A DNA stretch of 64,000 nucleotides, taken from Octopus sinensis. Taxonomy: Eukaryota. Positions 39,289 through 52,646 of this stretch are shown here, one piece after another (position 1 is the stretch's first letter; every line of letters begins with the position of its first letter). The stretch lies in assembly GCF_006345805.1 (NCBI RefSeq), contig NC_043020.1, positions 28,830,001-28,894,000 on the forward strand, in the 5' to 3' direction. The notes under the pieces are model-generated. The model was not told the origin of the DNA and did not search any database. It worked only from the letters and a program-made list of their open reading frames with translations. Made by a program: the position numbers and the translations under genes.

Positions 39289-41098
39289 AGAAACTACTTT
39301 TTTTGTGCAATTTGGTCCCAAATAAGGCTTGAGGCCACTGTAGCATGTGCAACTACAACGAAGCAAAAGAAGGGACCTATAGATTCAAAGATGTTGATTG
39401 ACAAAATGCTTAAAGGGCTGAATATCATAGACCAGAGAAAACAAGACAATTGTAGGGAGTTCCAGGGAGAAGCAGTTGAAGGAGAGAAGCTATTAGAATA
39501 AGATATTGTTTTTAGTATTGTTTAGTACAGTACATCACTAAGGGTGGTAGATCGGTAAGATTGTTAGAACTTTGGACAAAATACCTTGTGGTATTCTGTT
39601 ACAGTTTTTAGGTTACATTCTAAGTATAAATTCCACTGAGGTCAACTTTGACTTACATCCATCTAGAATTCTTTCCCACTCTAGGCATAAGGCCCAAAAT
39701 CTTTAGAGAGGGAGCCAGTTAATTAGATCGACCCCAGTATGCAACTGATACTCATTTCTTTGGCCCCTAAAGGGATGAAAGGCAAAGTCAATCTCAGTGG
39801 AATTTGAACTCAAAACATAAAGACAGACAAAATGCCACGAAGCATTATGTCTGGTGTGCAACCGATTCTACCGGCTGACAGCCTTTAAAAAGGGCTTCAG
39901 TAATAAATACAACAATTAATTCTTGAATTTCATGTTTAATCTGTTATCCAGTGAGAAGAATTATCCAATAAGATTTGTATTAACTAATGACTCAGGCATG
40001 TGGCCTGTGATTAGGGTGCGAGTTCATAAGTGTAAGATTGTGGGTTCAATTCCTGGGCAGGGCAACACACTGTGTCCTTGAGTAAGACACTTCATTTTTA
40101 CACTGGTCCAGTCTACTCGGTCAAAAATGATTGACTGCTGGCGCAGCTGTCTCTCCCCCCAGCTGTCACAGCCTTGATACTCTGCCGAGTCAAGGGTGGG
40201 AAGGTTGAAATCATACAAGCACCTAAGAAAAAAAAAGTGAAATCAGAGTACAGAGCTCCAAGGTCATATTTCCTTGCCAGTGACGGCTAAGCACTTAATC
40301 TCTCTTTTGATTGGTTGTTTGTCAGTATGGCAAGGGAGAGAATCATCTTGCTAGGAATCCATATGACTGTTTTTTTTTTTTATTAGATAAAGGAATAAAC
40401 TATCATTAAGCATTTGTTTGATTAAATTTTCTTCCTTTTCTTTCTCTTTTAATCATAAAGTCCTTAACATTCCTATACAGCTGCTATCTCGATCTAGTTG
40501 GATTTCATCAGAGCAGTATGGTTAGGAAACTAGGATCTATCAAATATTACATTTAAAATTGCGGATTGTGGATCACACACAAAAACAATAATTAATAATT
40601 GCATAATTAATGAGTGTCATAATAGATGTAAATGAGTGTCATCCTCATACAGGCGATGTTGTTCATTTCCAATCTTCTTGGAAAACATGCCAGGCCATGA
40701 GGAAATATTACTTTGCTTTGAAGCAGGTAAGTGTTGGCAGCTGGAAGAGCATTCAGCTGTAGAAAGGCAGCTCTCTTACTCAGTCTAGGAATTTCTAAGT
40801 CTGATGAGGAGGGGGGGAAGGAGGAAGTTATCCTCAGACAAGAGGAGAAGCCTAAATGCTTGCAACAGGATAATCTCTGCTAAAGGCACCCAGGTGGTGG
40901 TATTAATCTGGATGATGGATTAAGTCTAGATGATCAATTTAAATTCGAAATTTTACTGCCTTGTTGAATTAGTAAATAATAATTACTAACACTGACATCA
41001 TCGTCGTCATCATCATTATCATCATCATCAACATAATCAAAGGAGCCAATAGTTTTCGTATTCAGAATGTAGCAAGACTAAAGATTCCTTTGACATAC

Positions 41099-41131
<33 letters not shown>

Positions 41132-41200
41132 ACAATTCAAGTAAAGTGAGTTGAGTCTGACTCTTGCAGTAGAGTAAAGATACCGAAAATACAAGCAAAG

Positions 41201-41410
41201 TCAACCCTTTAGCATTTAAACCAGCCATATCCAACCCTAATATTCTGTTTTATATTCAAACCATCTAGATTTGGCCTCTCACACTTACCCTGCTATGTCA
41301 TTCTAAAAATAAACAATCACAACATTGAAATCTCAAAGCTAGAGGACAATTAATTCAAAACAATAAGTCTTACATTTGACAGAGGAATCTGAATGGTGAC
41401 AGGGGTTTAA
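41201..41410. mobile_element. TTAA-flanked MITE (family P2)
   Basis: aaccctttagcatttaaacc…ggggtttaa. Confidence 0.7.
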
Positions 41411-41699
41411 ATAAAGGTTCATTTGTTACAAGCATTTGGGCCTAGTCTCCTGTCCGAGGAGAACCTCATCCTTTTTGCCCATCAAACTCAGAGACCCAGA
41501 AAAAAGGTATGGAGGCTGCCCTTCTTCCTCTACATCAGTATCAGGACAACTGACACCCCGGACATTGTCCCATCCTTCAATAATGAACTCTTCCCCTGCT
41601 GACGCACAACTGGTTCCTTCTGGATAATTGTTCTCTGGCATTTGCCCTCTGGATTATTACCATCACAGGACAATTGTCCCTCACCGCTCAGATTGAGGT

Positions 41700-42090
41700 T
41701 CATCATCATCATCATCATCATTTAGCATCCACTTTCCATGCTAGCATGGGTTGGACAGTTCAACTGTGGTCTTGGAAGCCAGAAGGCTGCATCAGGCCCA
41801 GTCTGATCTGGCAATGTTTCTACAGCTGGATGCCCTTCCTAACACCAACCACTCCGTGAGTGTAGTGGGTGCTTTTTACGTGCCACCGGCACAGGTGCCA
41901 GACGGGGCTGGCAAACGGCCACGGACGGATGGTGCATTTTACGTGCCACCGGCACGGGGGCCAGGCAAGGCTGGCAATGGCGACAGACGGATGGTGCATT
42001 TTACGTGCCACCAGCACGGAGGCCAGTCGGGGCGACGCTGGCAATGGCTACGATTGGATGGTTTGCTTACGTGCCACCAGCACTGGTATC
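41700..42090 (-). mobile_element. SINE family B with four internal modules
   Basis: Family B tail plus four ggtgc(t/a)ttttacgtgccacc modules. Confidence 0.85.
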
Positions 42091-43199
42091 ATAGCTGCAT
42101 TAATCATTATAGCATTCACTGTTTCACTGAATTAATTAAGATTACAGTTTCACATTTTGGCACAAGGGCAGCAAATTTAAAAGGAAGAGGCTGGTTGATT
42201 ACACTGATCCCTGTACTCAGCTAATACCTGTTTTATCAAACCCCAAAAGGACGAAAGGTAAAGTCGGCCTCAGGAGAATTTGAACACAGAGTGTAAGGAG
42301 ACAAAAGAAGTACTGCAAAGCATTTTACCCGATGCTCCAACAAAACCCTGCCAGCTCGGTGGTTTTTAATTAATCAAGATCATCCTAACGAAACAGTTCG
42401 TTTAATATTGTAGCAGTTAACAAAGTGACAACACGACAGCGATATATATCTTCCTCGTTATCAAACTAAGAAAGCAGATAAAAGCAGATAAAAACAGATT
42501 AATATTTTCGTTCTCAGGTAAATTTGTCAGGGACGATGAGTGAAGGTGATCCTCGTTTAAAAATGAAATCAAGAAGAGAAGAATTCTAAACCTGTAAAAA
42601 CAATTGCAGTGGATATAACAGGAAGGAAAAGGGGGGAAGGAAATATCCCTGTTATGCCAGGTAACAAATATAAAAGAAAGGTAAGTTGAAAACGATAAAA
42701 ATGTACGGCTATTACCTGACATAGTTGGGCCATTTGTCAGTGACACAGAGAGAATCAAGTAAATCCTGTAACATCTGCAAACTTCTCATTAAAAGGTAAA
42801 TTGAATGACACAACACTTATCTCTCTCTCTCTCTCGCACACAGACGTCTCTTTCATAGAAAAATAGTTGGCTAATATAAATATTGGGGAAAATGTGCGTA
42901 AGGGAAGTGAAGAGAGAAAGCGGAGAAATTGTGGAGAGGAATGCAGGCAGACACACACACACACACACACATGCATATAAATGCACACACATACAAACAT
43001 TCATACACACACACACATATACATATATACATCCATACACACCCATATACATACATACGTACCCACATGCATGTAAACACTTGCACACACACACACATGT
43101 ATATATACACAAAGACATACATTTAGAGAGATGTGTGAGAATAGGAAGGAGAAAATGAAAAAGTCAGTCAGAGAGAGAGAGAGAAAGAGAGGAGGAGGG

Positions 43200-43203
43200 A
43201 CTA

Positions 43204-43265
<62 letters not shown>
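43200..43265. repeat. (AAAG)n microsatellite
   Basis: Direct reading. Confidence 0.95.
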
Positions 43266-43266
<1 letters not shown>

Positions 43267-43544
43267 GAAAAGTCAATCACAAAGAAAGCAAAATAAAAGA
43301 ATAAAAACGACACAAAGAAGATCAATATTTGACAAACTTCGTAACGTATCAGGTAAACCATTTTATTGATACCCAAAGATTTGAAGACATTTTTCTACTT
43401 CTTTGCTGTCAGGGAGAGTTAGAAAGATACGAAGACTTGACCACTACTGTAGGTATGTGAGATTTGATATTTCAGTAAACCTGTGGAGCAGAAATGGACT
43501 TAGGTACACCTTCATCCCTTTCATTGTAATTAAACTGTGGTCAG

Positions 43545-43740
43545 ATGGAGACCCTTCAGCGGTAATGGATCCTTCAACACAGCCCGATCCGAACGCTAGA
43601 AATAGCAGCTGCTTCTCCCAACCGTAACAACGTGCTGACCCCGTCTTACCCGCTCGGTGACCTGCCTCGAAAAGGCAGAATCCTGCCCTTGCATCACTGC
43701 TGCCCTTTCCGGTCAGCTCCCCAGCTGCTGACGTCATCCC
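43545..43740. promoter_or_regulatory. GC/CpG-rich unique island with CRE, ETS-like and E-box motifs
   Basis: TGACGTCA 43729-43736, TTTCCGG 43706-43712, two CAGCTG; nested inverted complementarity. Confidence 0.3.
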
Positions 43741-44076
43741 ACATAAACTACCCTAAGCAACTTGCATGTGTGTGTGTGTGTGTGTGTGTGTGTTTAATGG
43801 TGATGTGGGTAAAGCATTTCACTCTAAGTTATTGGATCATAAGTTCAAATCTCACTGCAGGTGTTTGTTGAGTTGCATTTCCAGGCCTCACACTTGAAAT
43901 TCTACTGGCCTTTACTGACCGTTGGCTTTTGGGCCACCAGGTGTTATAGAAAAAACATCAAAGGGGCTGATACCTTTGATTGGATTATGAAATGTCAAGC
44001 ATTTGGTTGTCTTCTTTTTTTTTAAACTTATGGGTGAAGAACTATCTCTCTTTTTAGAGTTTGTATACTTAAGAAA

Positions 44077-44437
44077 CAGGAGTGGCTGTGTGGTAAGTAG
44101 CTTGTTTACCAACCACATGGTTTCAGGTTCAGTCCCATTGCGTGGCACCTTGGGCAAGTGTCTTCTACGATAGCCTCAGGCCGACCAAAGCCTTGTGAGT
44201 GGATTTGGTAGACGGAAACTGAAAGAAGCCCATCGCATATATGTATATATATATGTGTGTGTGTTTGTATGTCTGTGTTTGACCCCCTAGCATTGCTTGA
44301 CAACCGATGCTGGTATGTTTATGTCCCCGTTGCTTAGCGGTTCGGCAAAAGAGACCAATAGAATAAGTACTGGGCTTACAAAGAATAAGTGCCGGGGTCG
44401 AGTTGCTCGATTAAAGGCGGTGAAAAGAGTAAAAGAG
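44077..44437 (+). mobile_element. SINE family A with a tail deletion
   Basis: Matches 59760-60150 but lacks the ctccagcatgg…aaacaagt segment. Confidence 0.85.
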
Positions 44438-44929
44438 TATAAGAAGCAGAGGGAAAGTCACAGGTAGACAGAAATAAGGGAGCAGAGGAGGAGGAGGAGG
44501 AGAGAAAGATAATTAAGAGGAGAACCTACCCAGTCTACATGATAAATTCACAGATGATAAGAAAGGTACCCAACTGTAAAGAGCATACAAAAAAATACAA
44601 GACAATAAAAAGGATCAGGTTTTCTCTGATGTCGTGTATGAAGTGCAGTGTTGCATGGTAGTGAGACGGAGACAATGAATGCAGAAGGGGCAGAGTTTGA
44701 GAGAACTGAAGCAAACATGGACGTGTGATGTTAATATGCATGAATGATGTGGAATAGATAAGCTGGGTGAAAAACCTGGGTGTAAGTGGAATCAAATGTG
44801 GTGTAGAAAGAGAGACAAAAAGGATTGGTGGGGATGCGTAATGCTTGTGGATTAGCATAGATGAGTAAAAAAGTGCTGGGGATCAATGTGAAAGGAACTA
44901 GAGGGAGAGAAAGACCGAGGAAGATCATC

Positions 44930-45370
44930 ATCATCATCATCATCATCGTTTAACATCCATTCTCCATGATAGCATGGGTTGGACGGTTCAACTGGGGTCT
45001 GGGAAGCCAGGAGGCTGCACCAGGCTCCAGTCTGATCTGGCAGTGTTTCTACAGCTGGATGCCCTTCCTAACGCCAACCACTCCGTGAGTGTAGTGAGTG
45101 TTTTTTACGTGCCAGACGAGGCTGGCAAACGGCCACGATCAGATGGTGCTTTTTACATGCTACCATCACGGAGACCAGACGAGGCTGGCAGCAGCCACGA
45201 TCGGATGGTGCTTTTTACGTGCCACCGGCACAGGTACCAGACGAGGCTGGCAAATGGCCACGATTGGATGGTGCTTTTTACGTGCTACCGGCACGGAGGC
45301 CAGTCAGGGCGGCGCTGGCAACGTCCACGTTCGGATGGTTCTCTTATGTGCCACCGACACTGGTATCACA
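44930..45370 (-). mobile_element. SINE family B with five internal modules
   Basis: As 41700-42090. Confidence 0.85.
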
Positions 45371-46046
45371 GCTGCAAATATGGGTACAAATGGTGAAAGC
45401 TAAGCTGAGGATGTTGATCCCCACAAAGGAAATGACAAAGGAATGCAATAAGTAGTGGGATGCTGTGGAGGGGATTTGCCCAACCCAGAGAAGCATGGGG
45501 TCACTGTAAAGAATCATAGCCATTGCATTCCCTTCCTGTCCAAAAGGATAAATAAAAAGAGAATGAAGTCAGTGTATCCGTTTACAATTCGTCATCATAT
45601 TCATTTCACAACGCCTGTTATAATTATCAATTATCAATAAAATAATAATTACAATTATCAATTATCCACATTATAATAATAAAAGCAGCTGACCAGTCCC
45701 ATAACTTGTGGACAAACAATACAATTGTACTTATTCAGGAAGTAAGCTGTAGAAAAGAGAGAAAAGAGAAAAACTGAGAGTGGATTTGAACCCAGCATGC
45801 CAGTTTTAGCCTGAATCAAGTGAAGAAGCAAACTGAACAGAAAATATATTCAAAATTGTTCCCCTGCTGTTTCGTAGTATCAAATATTTTCATCTATCAC
45901 CCTCATATAATATCGGTAATTAGGTCAACGTATGTGTATGGCAAAAGATTTGACAGAATAAATTTTCAGTTTCTTAAACAGAAAATGGATTTTGTTCATG
46001 AAGAGTGAGGTTAGCCGAACTGATCCAGTATATTCCTTTCTGCTTG

Positions 46047-46246
46047 AGGCACAAGGCCTGAAATTTTGGGGGAGGGGGCCAGTCGATTAGATCGACCTCA
46101 GTATACAACTGGTACTTAATTTATCAACCCCGAAAAGATGAAAGGCAAAGTCGACTTTGGTGGAATTTGAACTCAGAATGTAAAGACAGCTGAAATAATG
46201 CTAAGTAGTTCGCCCGGTGTGCTAACGTGTCTGCCAGCTCGGCGCC
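46047..46246 (-). mobile_element. SINE family C, full length
   Basis: aggcacaaggcctgaaattttggggg…gctaacgtgtctgccagctcggcgcc; a partial copy follows at ~46275-46402. Confidence 0.85.
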
Positions 46247-47164
46247 TTCTAATGATCCGAATATTCTTTTCTATTCTAGGCACAAGGCTTGAAATTTTGG
46301 GAGAGGAGGAGGGGGCAGAGGCAGTCAATTAGATTGACCCAGTATGTAACTGGTACTTAATTTATCAACCCCCAAAAGGATGAAAGGTAAGGTTGACCTC
46401 GGTTCCAAGATATATAATTTGACTAGGAAAACAATGCCACACGAAAAAACTTATATATGTTTTAATAAATGGGTTTTTTTATATTTATTTTCAAATATTT
46501 TATTTGATTTTCCACTCCAGTATTAAATCTTTAGGTGTTTTCTTTTAATTTTTAATGCTTTTAAATATGTCATTGAGACAAAAAACAAAAAAATGTAAAG
46601 TCAAAAAAGGCATAACGCAAAACAACAAGTACATTTGTATTTTCAGAATGAACCGAAATAAAAACCGTGTATTTCAACAGAAATATGGCAACAAAAGGGT
46701 TAATTGACCTTGAAGAGACAAAAGACCAAATGAATCCTGGCAGAATTTCAACTGTGAATATTCAGTGCTGAAGCTAAATATTCCAAAACAGTTAGCCAAA
46801 CTCATTGCTACCCGTTCACAATGTAAATAGAAAACCATTAACAACCAAAACCCTTCCAATAAGCAAATACAATAATAAATAGCCGAAACAACTGGCATGA
46901 TCCAATATTAATGAATTCATTTGATTAGACATTAAGTTAACTTTTAACGAAGAAGAGCTCAAGTTAATTGTATCAATCCCATCTAATATTAGCATTTATT
47001 TTTATGAATAGCAGAGCAATAAGAGGCAAAACTGACCTCTTTAATAGACACAATTTTTTTTTTATTAGTTTTAGAATGAATCGCAATTAAACTCAGATGG
47101 ATACTTAATTAAGAATGGCAAGTGTACTATAACAATATATTCACTGTATGGGATTTTTTATGTT

Positions 47165-47460
47165 CCTTCTCGAGCCATGCCTGGCTCATAAGGGCTGGTT
47201 TCCCAGTTTCCTTGGCGTATAAGTTCCCCACCTGGATGGGACACCGGTCCTTTGCAGGTGAGCTGCAAGATGCAGGAGGAAAGAGTGACAGAAAGTTGTG
47301 GCAAAAGAGTCAGCAGAAGTTTGCCATTACCTTCTGCCGGAGCCGCGTGGAGCTCAGGTGTTTCATTCATAAACACACACATCGCCCGGTCTGAGATTCG
47401 AACCTGCAATCCCTCGACCGCGAGTCCGCTGCTCTAACCACTAGGCTACATGCCTCCACA
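47165..47460 (-). mobile_element. tRNA-headed SINE, family D variant
   Basis: Reverse strand: tgtggaggcatgtagcctagtggttagagcagcggactcgcgg…gcaggttcgaatc. Confidence 0.75.
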
Positions 47461-47780
47461 CTGTATGGGATAAACTAGTCAATTCCAATTCCTCTTTTTT
47501 CAAACCAATATCTTTCTGTTTGGATAAAATATTTGCTCGTGTACATGCATTGTTAAATGACAATCGGCCTTTTTCCTTCATCAGCTACCAACACTGGCAA
47601 TTTCACAATGTTTATCCAAAACTTCAGTGTTAATCATTTATCATTACACAATGCTGTCAGTGTGATTTACGACTTACAGAACCTCTACATCAAGGATTGG
47701 CAACAAACAGCCCGCAGCCCACAAATGGGCTGAGGAGGTCATTATGCGTCTGAGACATATTGGAGCAAGTCTATTATTAC

Positions 47781-48104
47781 ACTAGCAGTATCGCCCGGCA
47801 TTGCTCAGGTTTGTTTCGACCCTTTAGAATTGGAATTTTTGAAAAGTGAACATTTTCCTGGTTGAAATACACCGAAAAATGGCGACACAGCCGAAAAAAA
47901 AAGCACCTTTTTGATGTAAATAATTTTTGGTGTTAACATGGTCCAATTTGAATTTTTTCTTCTACGGAAGGAAGAGCAAGCCTTCTTCTATCATACTCTC
48001 AATTTTGGTCAACTTGCACCGCAGGGTCTCAGAGGAGATAGTGTTAGTTGAAGGCTACCAAACCTGCCATACACAGACAACTTCAGCTTTATATAGAGAG
48101 AGAT
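47781..48104. mobile_element. Helitron/Helentron-like non-autonomous element
   Basis: Starts actagcagtatcgcccggcattgctcagg and ends acagacaacttcagctttatatagagagagat, a DINE/HINE-like layout. Confidence 0.45.
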
Positions 48105-48593
48105 TGGCCTTGGGTCAATTCCCAAGTCTTGTGAGTCTTGTGTTTGAAATTAGGACCATAGGAACTGCACGGATCCCCAATCCTACAGAATGTACCTCCG
48201 ATGTAAAGGTCTAGCCTTGCCATACACAACATCAGCCGAGTATTACATTAATGGTTCATGTATTTATGGAATGTTCAGCAGTTATTTCAAAGAGCAGATA
48301 ATTCTGTTGATCAAAATAACTGAACGTTGTTGAAACCAACAGGAAGCCATTTCTTTGCTTTGTCTGTGTGTGTGCTTGCATATATATATATATCTATGTA
48401 TATATACGCAACTAGTATCATACTATGTATTCTAAATGTTTTGTAGAAGGATACATTTAGGTGCATTTTTTATGAGTATCACCAGATTAGTTGAATCCAT
48501 ATATTGACTTAAATCTATCTATCTCTATCTATCTATTTATATCTCTCTCTATCTATGTCTATCTATCTATCTATCTATCTGTCTATCTATCTA

Positions 48594-48634
<41 letters not shown>

Positions 48635-49004
48635 ATCTAACTATCTATTTATCTATCTATCTATATCTATCTATATACACACACACATATATACATATTT
48701 TTTTATACATACATATAATGCACACACACATAGGAGTTGTATATCAGATAATGTTTGCACTTCAAAATATCTTAACATAATTTACAACTCTTACATTATC
48801 CTCCTCCTCCCCATCATCATCATCATTTAAGGTCCACTTCTCCATGCATGCAGGGTCAGAATTTGCCAAAACAGATTTTCTATGGCTAGATGCCCTTCTT
48901 GTCACCATTATATATACACAGATATGGACATTACTCTCTCTCTCTCTCTCCTGAGTCTGACGAAAAAAGTACTCCACCCAGGGATAGACAAATAGCAGTG
49001 ACAC

Positions 49005-49149
49005 ATGTACACAGTGTAAAGATACAAGCTCCTAATAGTCTCGTAGTTTCTTGCACTGGAGACATGAGTCTAAGCAGGGTTTTTTTTTAACGTGCATTGT
49101 GTCTCCAATGCAAGAAACTTAGTAGCTTGAATCTTTATACTGTGTACAT
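49005..49149. repeat. Imperfect inverted repeat (~145-nt hairpin)
   Basis: atgtacacagtgtaaagat…tttcttgcactggagaca pairs with tgtctccaatgcaagaaa…atctttatactgtgtacat. Confidence 0.8.
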
Positions 49150-49170
49150 TAAACGATATTTACAAATTAT

Positions 49171-49565
49171 TCTTTTACTTGTTTCAGTCATTTGATTGCT
49201 GCCATGCTGAAGCACTGCCTTTAGTCAAACAAATCAACCCCAGAACTTATTCTTTTTAAGCCTAGTACTTATTCTATCGGTCTCTTTTGCTGAGCTGCTA
49301 AGTAACGGGGACATAAACACACCAACATCGGTTGTCAAGCGATGGTGGTGGGGAAGATAAACACAGTCACACAAACATTACATACATACATACATACACA
49401 CATACTTATATACGACAGGCTTCTTTCAGTTTCTATTTACTAAATCCACTCACAAGGATTTGGTCGGCCTGAGGCTATAGTAGAAGACACTTGCCCAAGA
49501 TGCCACGCAGTGGGACTGAACTCGAAACTATGCGGTTGGGAAGCAAGCTTCTTACCACACAACCA
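49171..49565 (-). mobile_element. SINE family A, full length
   Basis: Reverse complement of the family A consensus. Confidence 0.85.
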
Positions 49566-49974
49566 CACACATACACACACTTATGCATGCATACAAAGAG
49601 ATACATATACCTGCAATGTGCAGTGTATTCTTTCCTAATGTAAGATGTTAGGGTGTGATGCGAGGGAAGTTTGATCTTGAGGTAATTAGAATACATGAGG
49701 TACGTGAAACAGAGAATGTGTGCACAGGTGAATGCGTTTTTGTGTGCATGTGAGAATGTAGAAGTATACACGTGCGTTGGGTGTGTGTGTGTCAATGAAC
49801 TGGAACTAAATGGAACAAGAGTATGAGAGAATCGAAGTATGTTTGTATGCCTAAGAGAACGAATGGGAAGGAGATAGGAAGAAGGTCAGATAGAGAGATC
49901 TGTAAATAGATAGATAGATAGATAGATAGAGAGAGAGGGGCAGTAAATTCTATTACCTGAAAATCTCTATCTAC

Positions 49975-50320
49975 CTATATATATATATATAGGCATATAT
50001 ATACACACACACACACACACATATATATACATATATACATATATATATACACATATATACATATATATAAACATATATATGTAAATATGTATATGTGTGT
50101 GTGTGTGTATATATATATGCATATACACACACATATATATACACATATACACACATATATACATACACATATATATACATATATACATATATATATGCAC
50201 ATATATATATACACATATATATATACACACATATATATATGTAAATATGTATATGTGTGTGTGTGTATATATATATATATGCATGTATATCATTATGCAC
50301 ACATATATATATATATATAA
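49975..50320. repeat. Compound TA/CA microsatellite with an internal ~160-bp duplication
   Basis: gtaaatatgtatatgtgtgtg occurs twice. Confidence 0.9.
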
Positions 50321-51518
50321 GCACAGATATATTAGGTCCTGTTACAATGACCATAAGGGATCATGTCTACTGGTTTCTTTGTAATTCTGTTCTGACATTC
50401 TGTAGCTTTAGCATACTCCAACTAAATTAATTAATACAACGTAATTATTACCATCTCTTCATACCTTGGGCTAATTAGCAAACAAACAGGTATACATACC
50501 TCTGCATCCTTACACACACACACACAGAGGGTTAGTGTGACAAAATCTGACCTCAAGGCCTTTACCTAATAATAAACAAACTATATATATATATGTGTAT
50601 ATATACCTTTTTCCCATTCGAACATTTTTTATATTTAACGGCTCCCATAAAATCGCCTTCAGCAAATCTTCTAACAAATGGATTTTTCTTTAAGCCTCGG
50701 CTGTTGTCATTTACACACAGACATCTCAAAAGTAAATAGACGCGGTCGTTTTCGAAAGACTTATTTCTAGAAATACAATAACGGCAGTGATGCATTTAAA
50801 TACCGAATCTAGTATTTAGTAGACATGCCTGGTGCAGTTATTAATTATTTCTGCCTGCTTGGGCACCGTACTTAATGAATAGTGGTCTGCACAGGTAAAA
50901 AGGGTGCAATGAGAGATGTCTATTTACTTTTGGGGTGTTGTGTTGTTATCTCAATGTGATTGCTATAAACATAACTATAGGAAAAAATCAGGATATCAAT
51001 AAAATATGTCGCCATAGATGACGTCTTAAGCTGACACAGCAAAGAAGACATACAAATAAACAGATAAATAAATAAATAAAACATCTGAATCGATATCTTT
51101 TATGTTGTGCTGGTTTCAGTCATTGGATAGCAGCCACGGTCGGACACCGTCTTTGAAGGGTTTTTGCTCCAACAAATCGATTCCAGTACTTTTGTATTTC
51201 TTAAAGTTTGGGTTCTTTTGCTGAATCACTGGTGCTGTGGGGATGTATACAAACCAACACCGGTTGCCAAGCAGTGGTTGCGGAGAAACACAAATGCACA
51301 CACACACACACACAATGGCTTCCACAGTTTCCATCTGACAAATTCACTCAGTTGATCATCTGGCCCCCTCCCCTGCTTAACTGGCCCTTATTCTATCGAT
51401 CCTGAAAGGATGAAAGGCAAGGTTGACCTTGGCAGAATTTGAACTCGGAACATAAAAGACGGATGAAATTTCACCAAGCATTTTTTCCTGGCTAACGATT
51501 CTGCTAGCTTGCTGCCTT

Positions 51519-52130
51519 CATGATGATGATGATGATGGTGATGATGGTGATGATGATGATGGTGGTGATGATGGTGGTGGTGGTGATGATGACGATGGTG
51601 GTGATGATGGTGGTGGTGGTGATGATGACGATGGTGGTGATGATGGTGGTGATGGTGGTGGTGATGATGATGATGATGGTGGTGGTGATGATGATGATGA
51701 TGGTGGTGGTGATGATGATGATGATGATGGTGATGATGGTGTGGTGGTGATGATGATGATGGTGGTGGTGATGATGATGATGATGGTGGTGGTGATGATG
51801 ATGATGATGATGGTGATGATGGTGGTGGTGGTGATGATGACGATGGTGGTGATGATGGTGGTGATGGTGGTGGTGATGATGATGATGATGGTGGTGGTGG
51901 TGATGATGATGATGGTGGTGGTGATGATGATGATGATGGTGGTGGTGATGATGATGATGATGATGGTGGTGATGATGATGGTGGTGATGATGGTGGTGGT
52001 GGTGATGATGACGATGGTGATGATGGTGGTGATGATGATGATGGTGGTGGTGATGATGATGATGGTGGTGATGATGATGGTGATGATGGTGGTGATGATG
52101 ATGTTGATGATGATGATGATGATGATGATC
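51519..52130. repeat. Compound (GAT/GGT)n triplet array, ~610 bp
   Basis: Direct reading; flanked by two family C SINE pieces. Confidence 0.95.
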
Positions 52131-52383
52131 CCACAATAGGCAGAAGGCCAAAAAATTTGGAGGTGGGGGGGGGCTAGATGATTACATTAAATCTGATAAC
52201 TGACTGGTGCTTATCTTATTGACCCCCAGAAGGGCAAAAGGCAAAGCTGACCTTGGTGGAGTTTGAACACAAATGTAAAGAGACGGACAAAACACCCCTA
52301 AACATTTGGCCAGCTGCAGCAACCGTTCAACCATCTTGCTGCCTTACAAAAGATTAAAATATCATAAATATTGATGGAGGTAT

Positions 52384-52604
52384 ACTCTTTTACTCTTTTA
52401 CTTGTTTCAGTCATTTGACTGAGGCCATGCTGGAGCACCGCCTTTTTAGTCGAGCAACTCGACCCCAGGACTTATTCTTTGTAAGCCCAGTACTTATTCT
52501 ATCGGTCTCTTTTGCCGAACTGCTAAGTGACAGGGATGTAAACACACCAGCATCGGTTGTCAAGCAATGCTAGGGGAACAAACACAGACACGCAAACATA
52601 CACG

Positions 52605-52646
<42 letters not shown>

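Noticed and set aside
43413-43452. 40-nt plus-strand exon candidate (ag|GGAGAG…GTAG|gtatgt)
   Set aside because: The upstream frame is closed by a stop, there is no partner exon and no recognisable protein.
43545-43740. Assignment as RNase P/MRP, SRP, 7SK, telomerase RNA or an HDV-like ribozyme
   Set aside because: The diagnostic conserved motifs and pseudoknot order could not be found; kept only as an unassigned island.
45085-45365. Repeat-spacer geometry (25-nt repeat, 35-40-nt spacer) resembling CRISPR; also at 41.9 and 58.6 kb
   Set aside because: The spacers are homologous to each other and the array lies inside a SINE.
47575-47595. Minus-strand CTGATGAAGG motif
   Set aside because: Followed by GATT instead of GAAA, with no closing stems. 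Similar isolated CTGANGA hits at ~14.19, 37.67, 39.11, 40.80 and 48.96 kb were rejected for the same reason.
51388-52151. 248-aa and 215-aa Ser/Pro/His-rich ORFs
   Set aside because: Direct translations of a GAT/GGT triplet array, with no splice or domain support.
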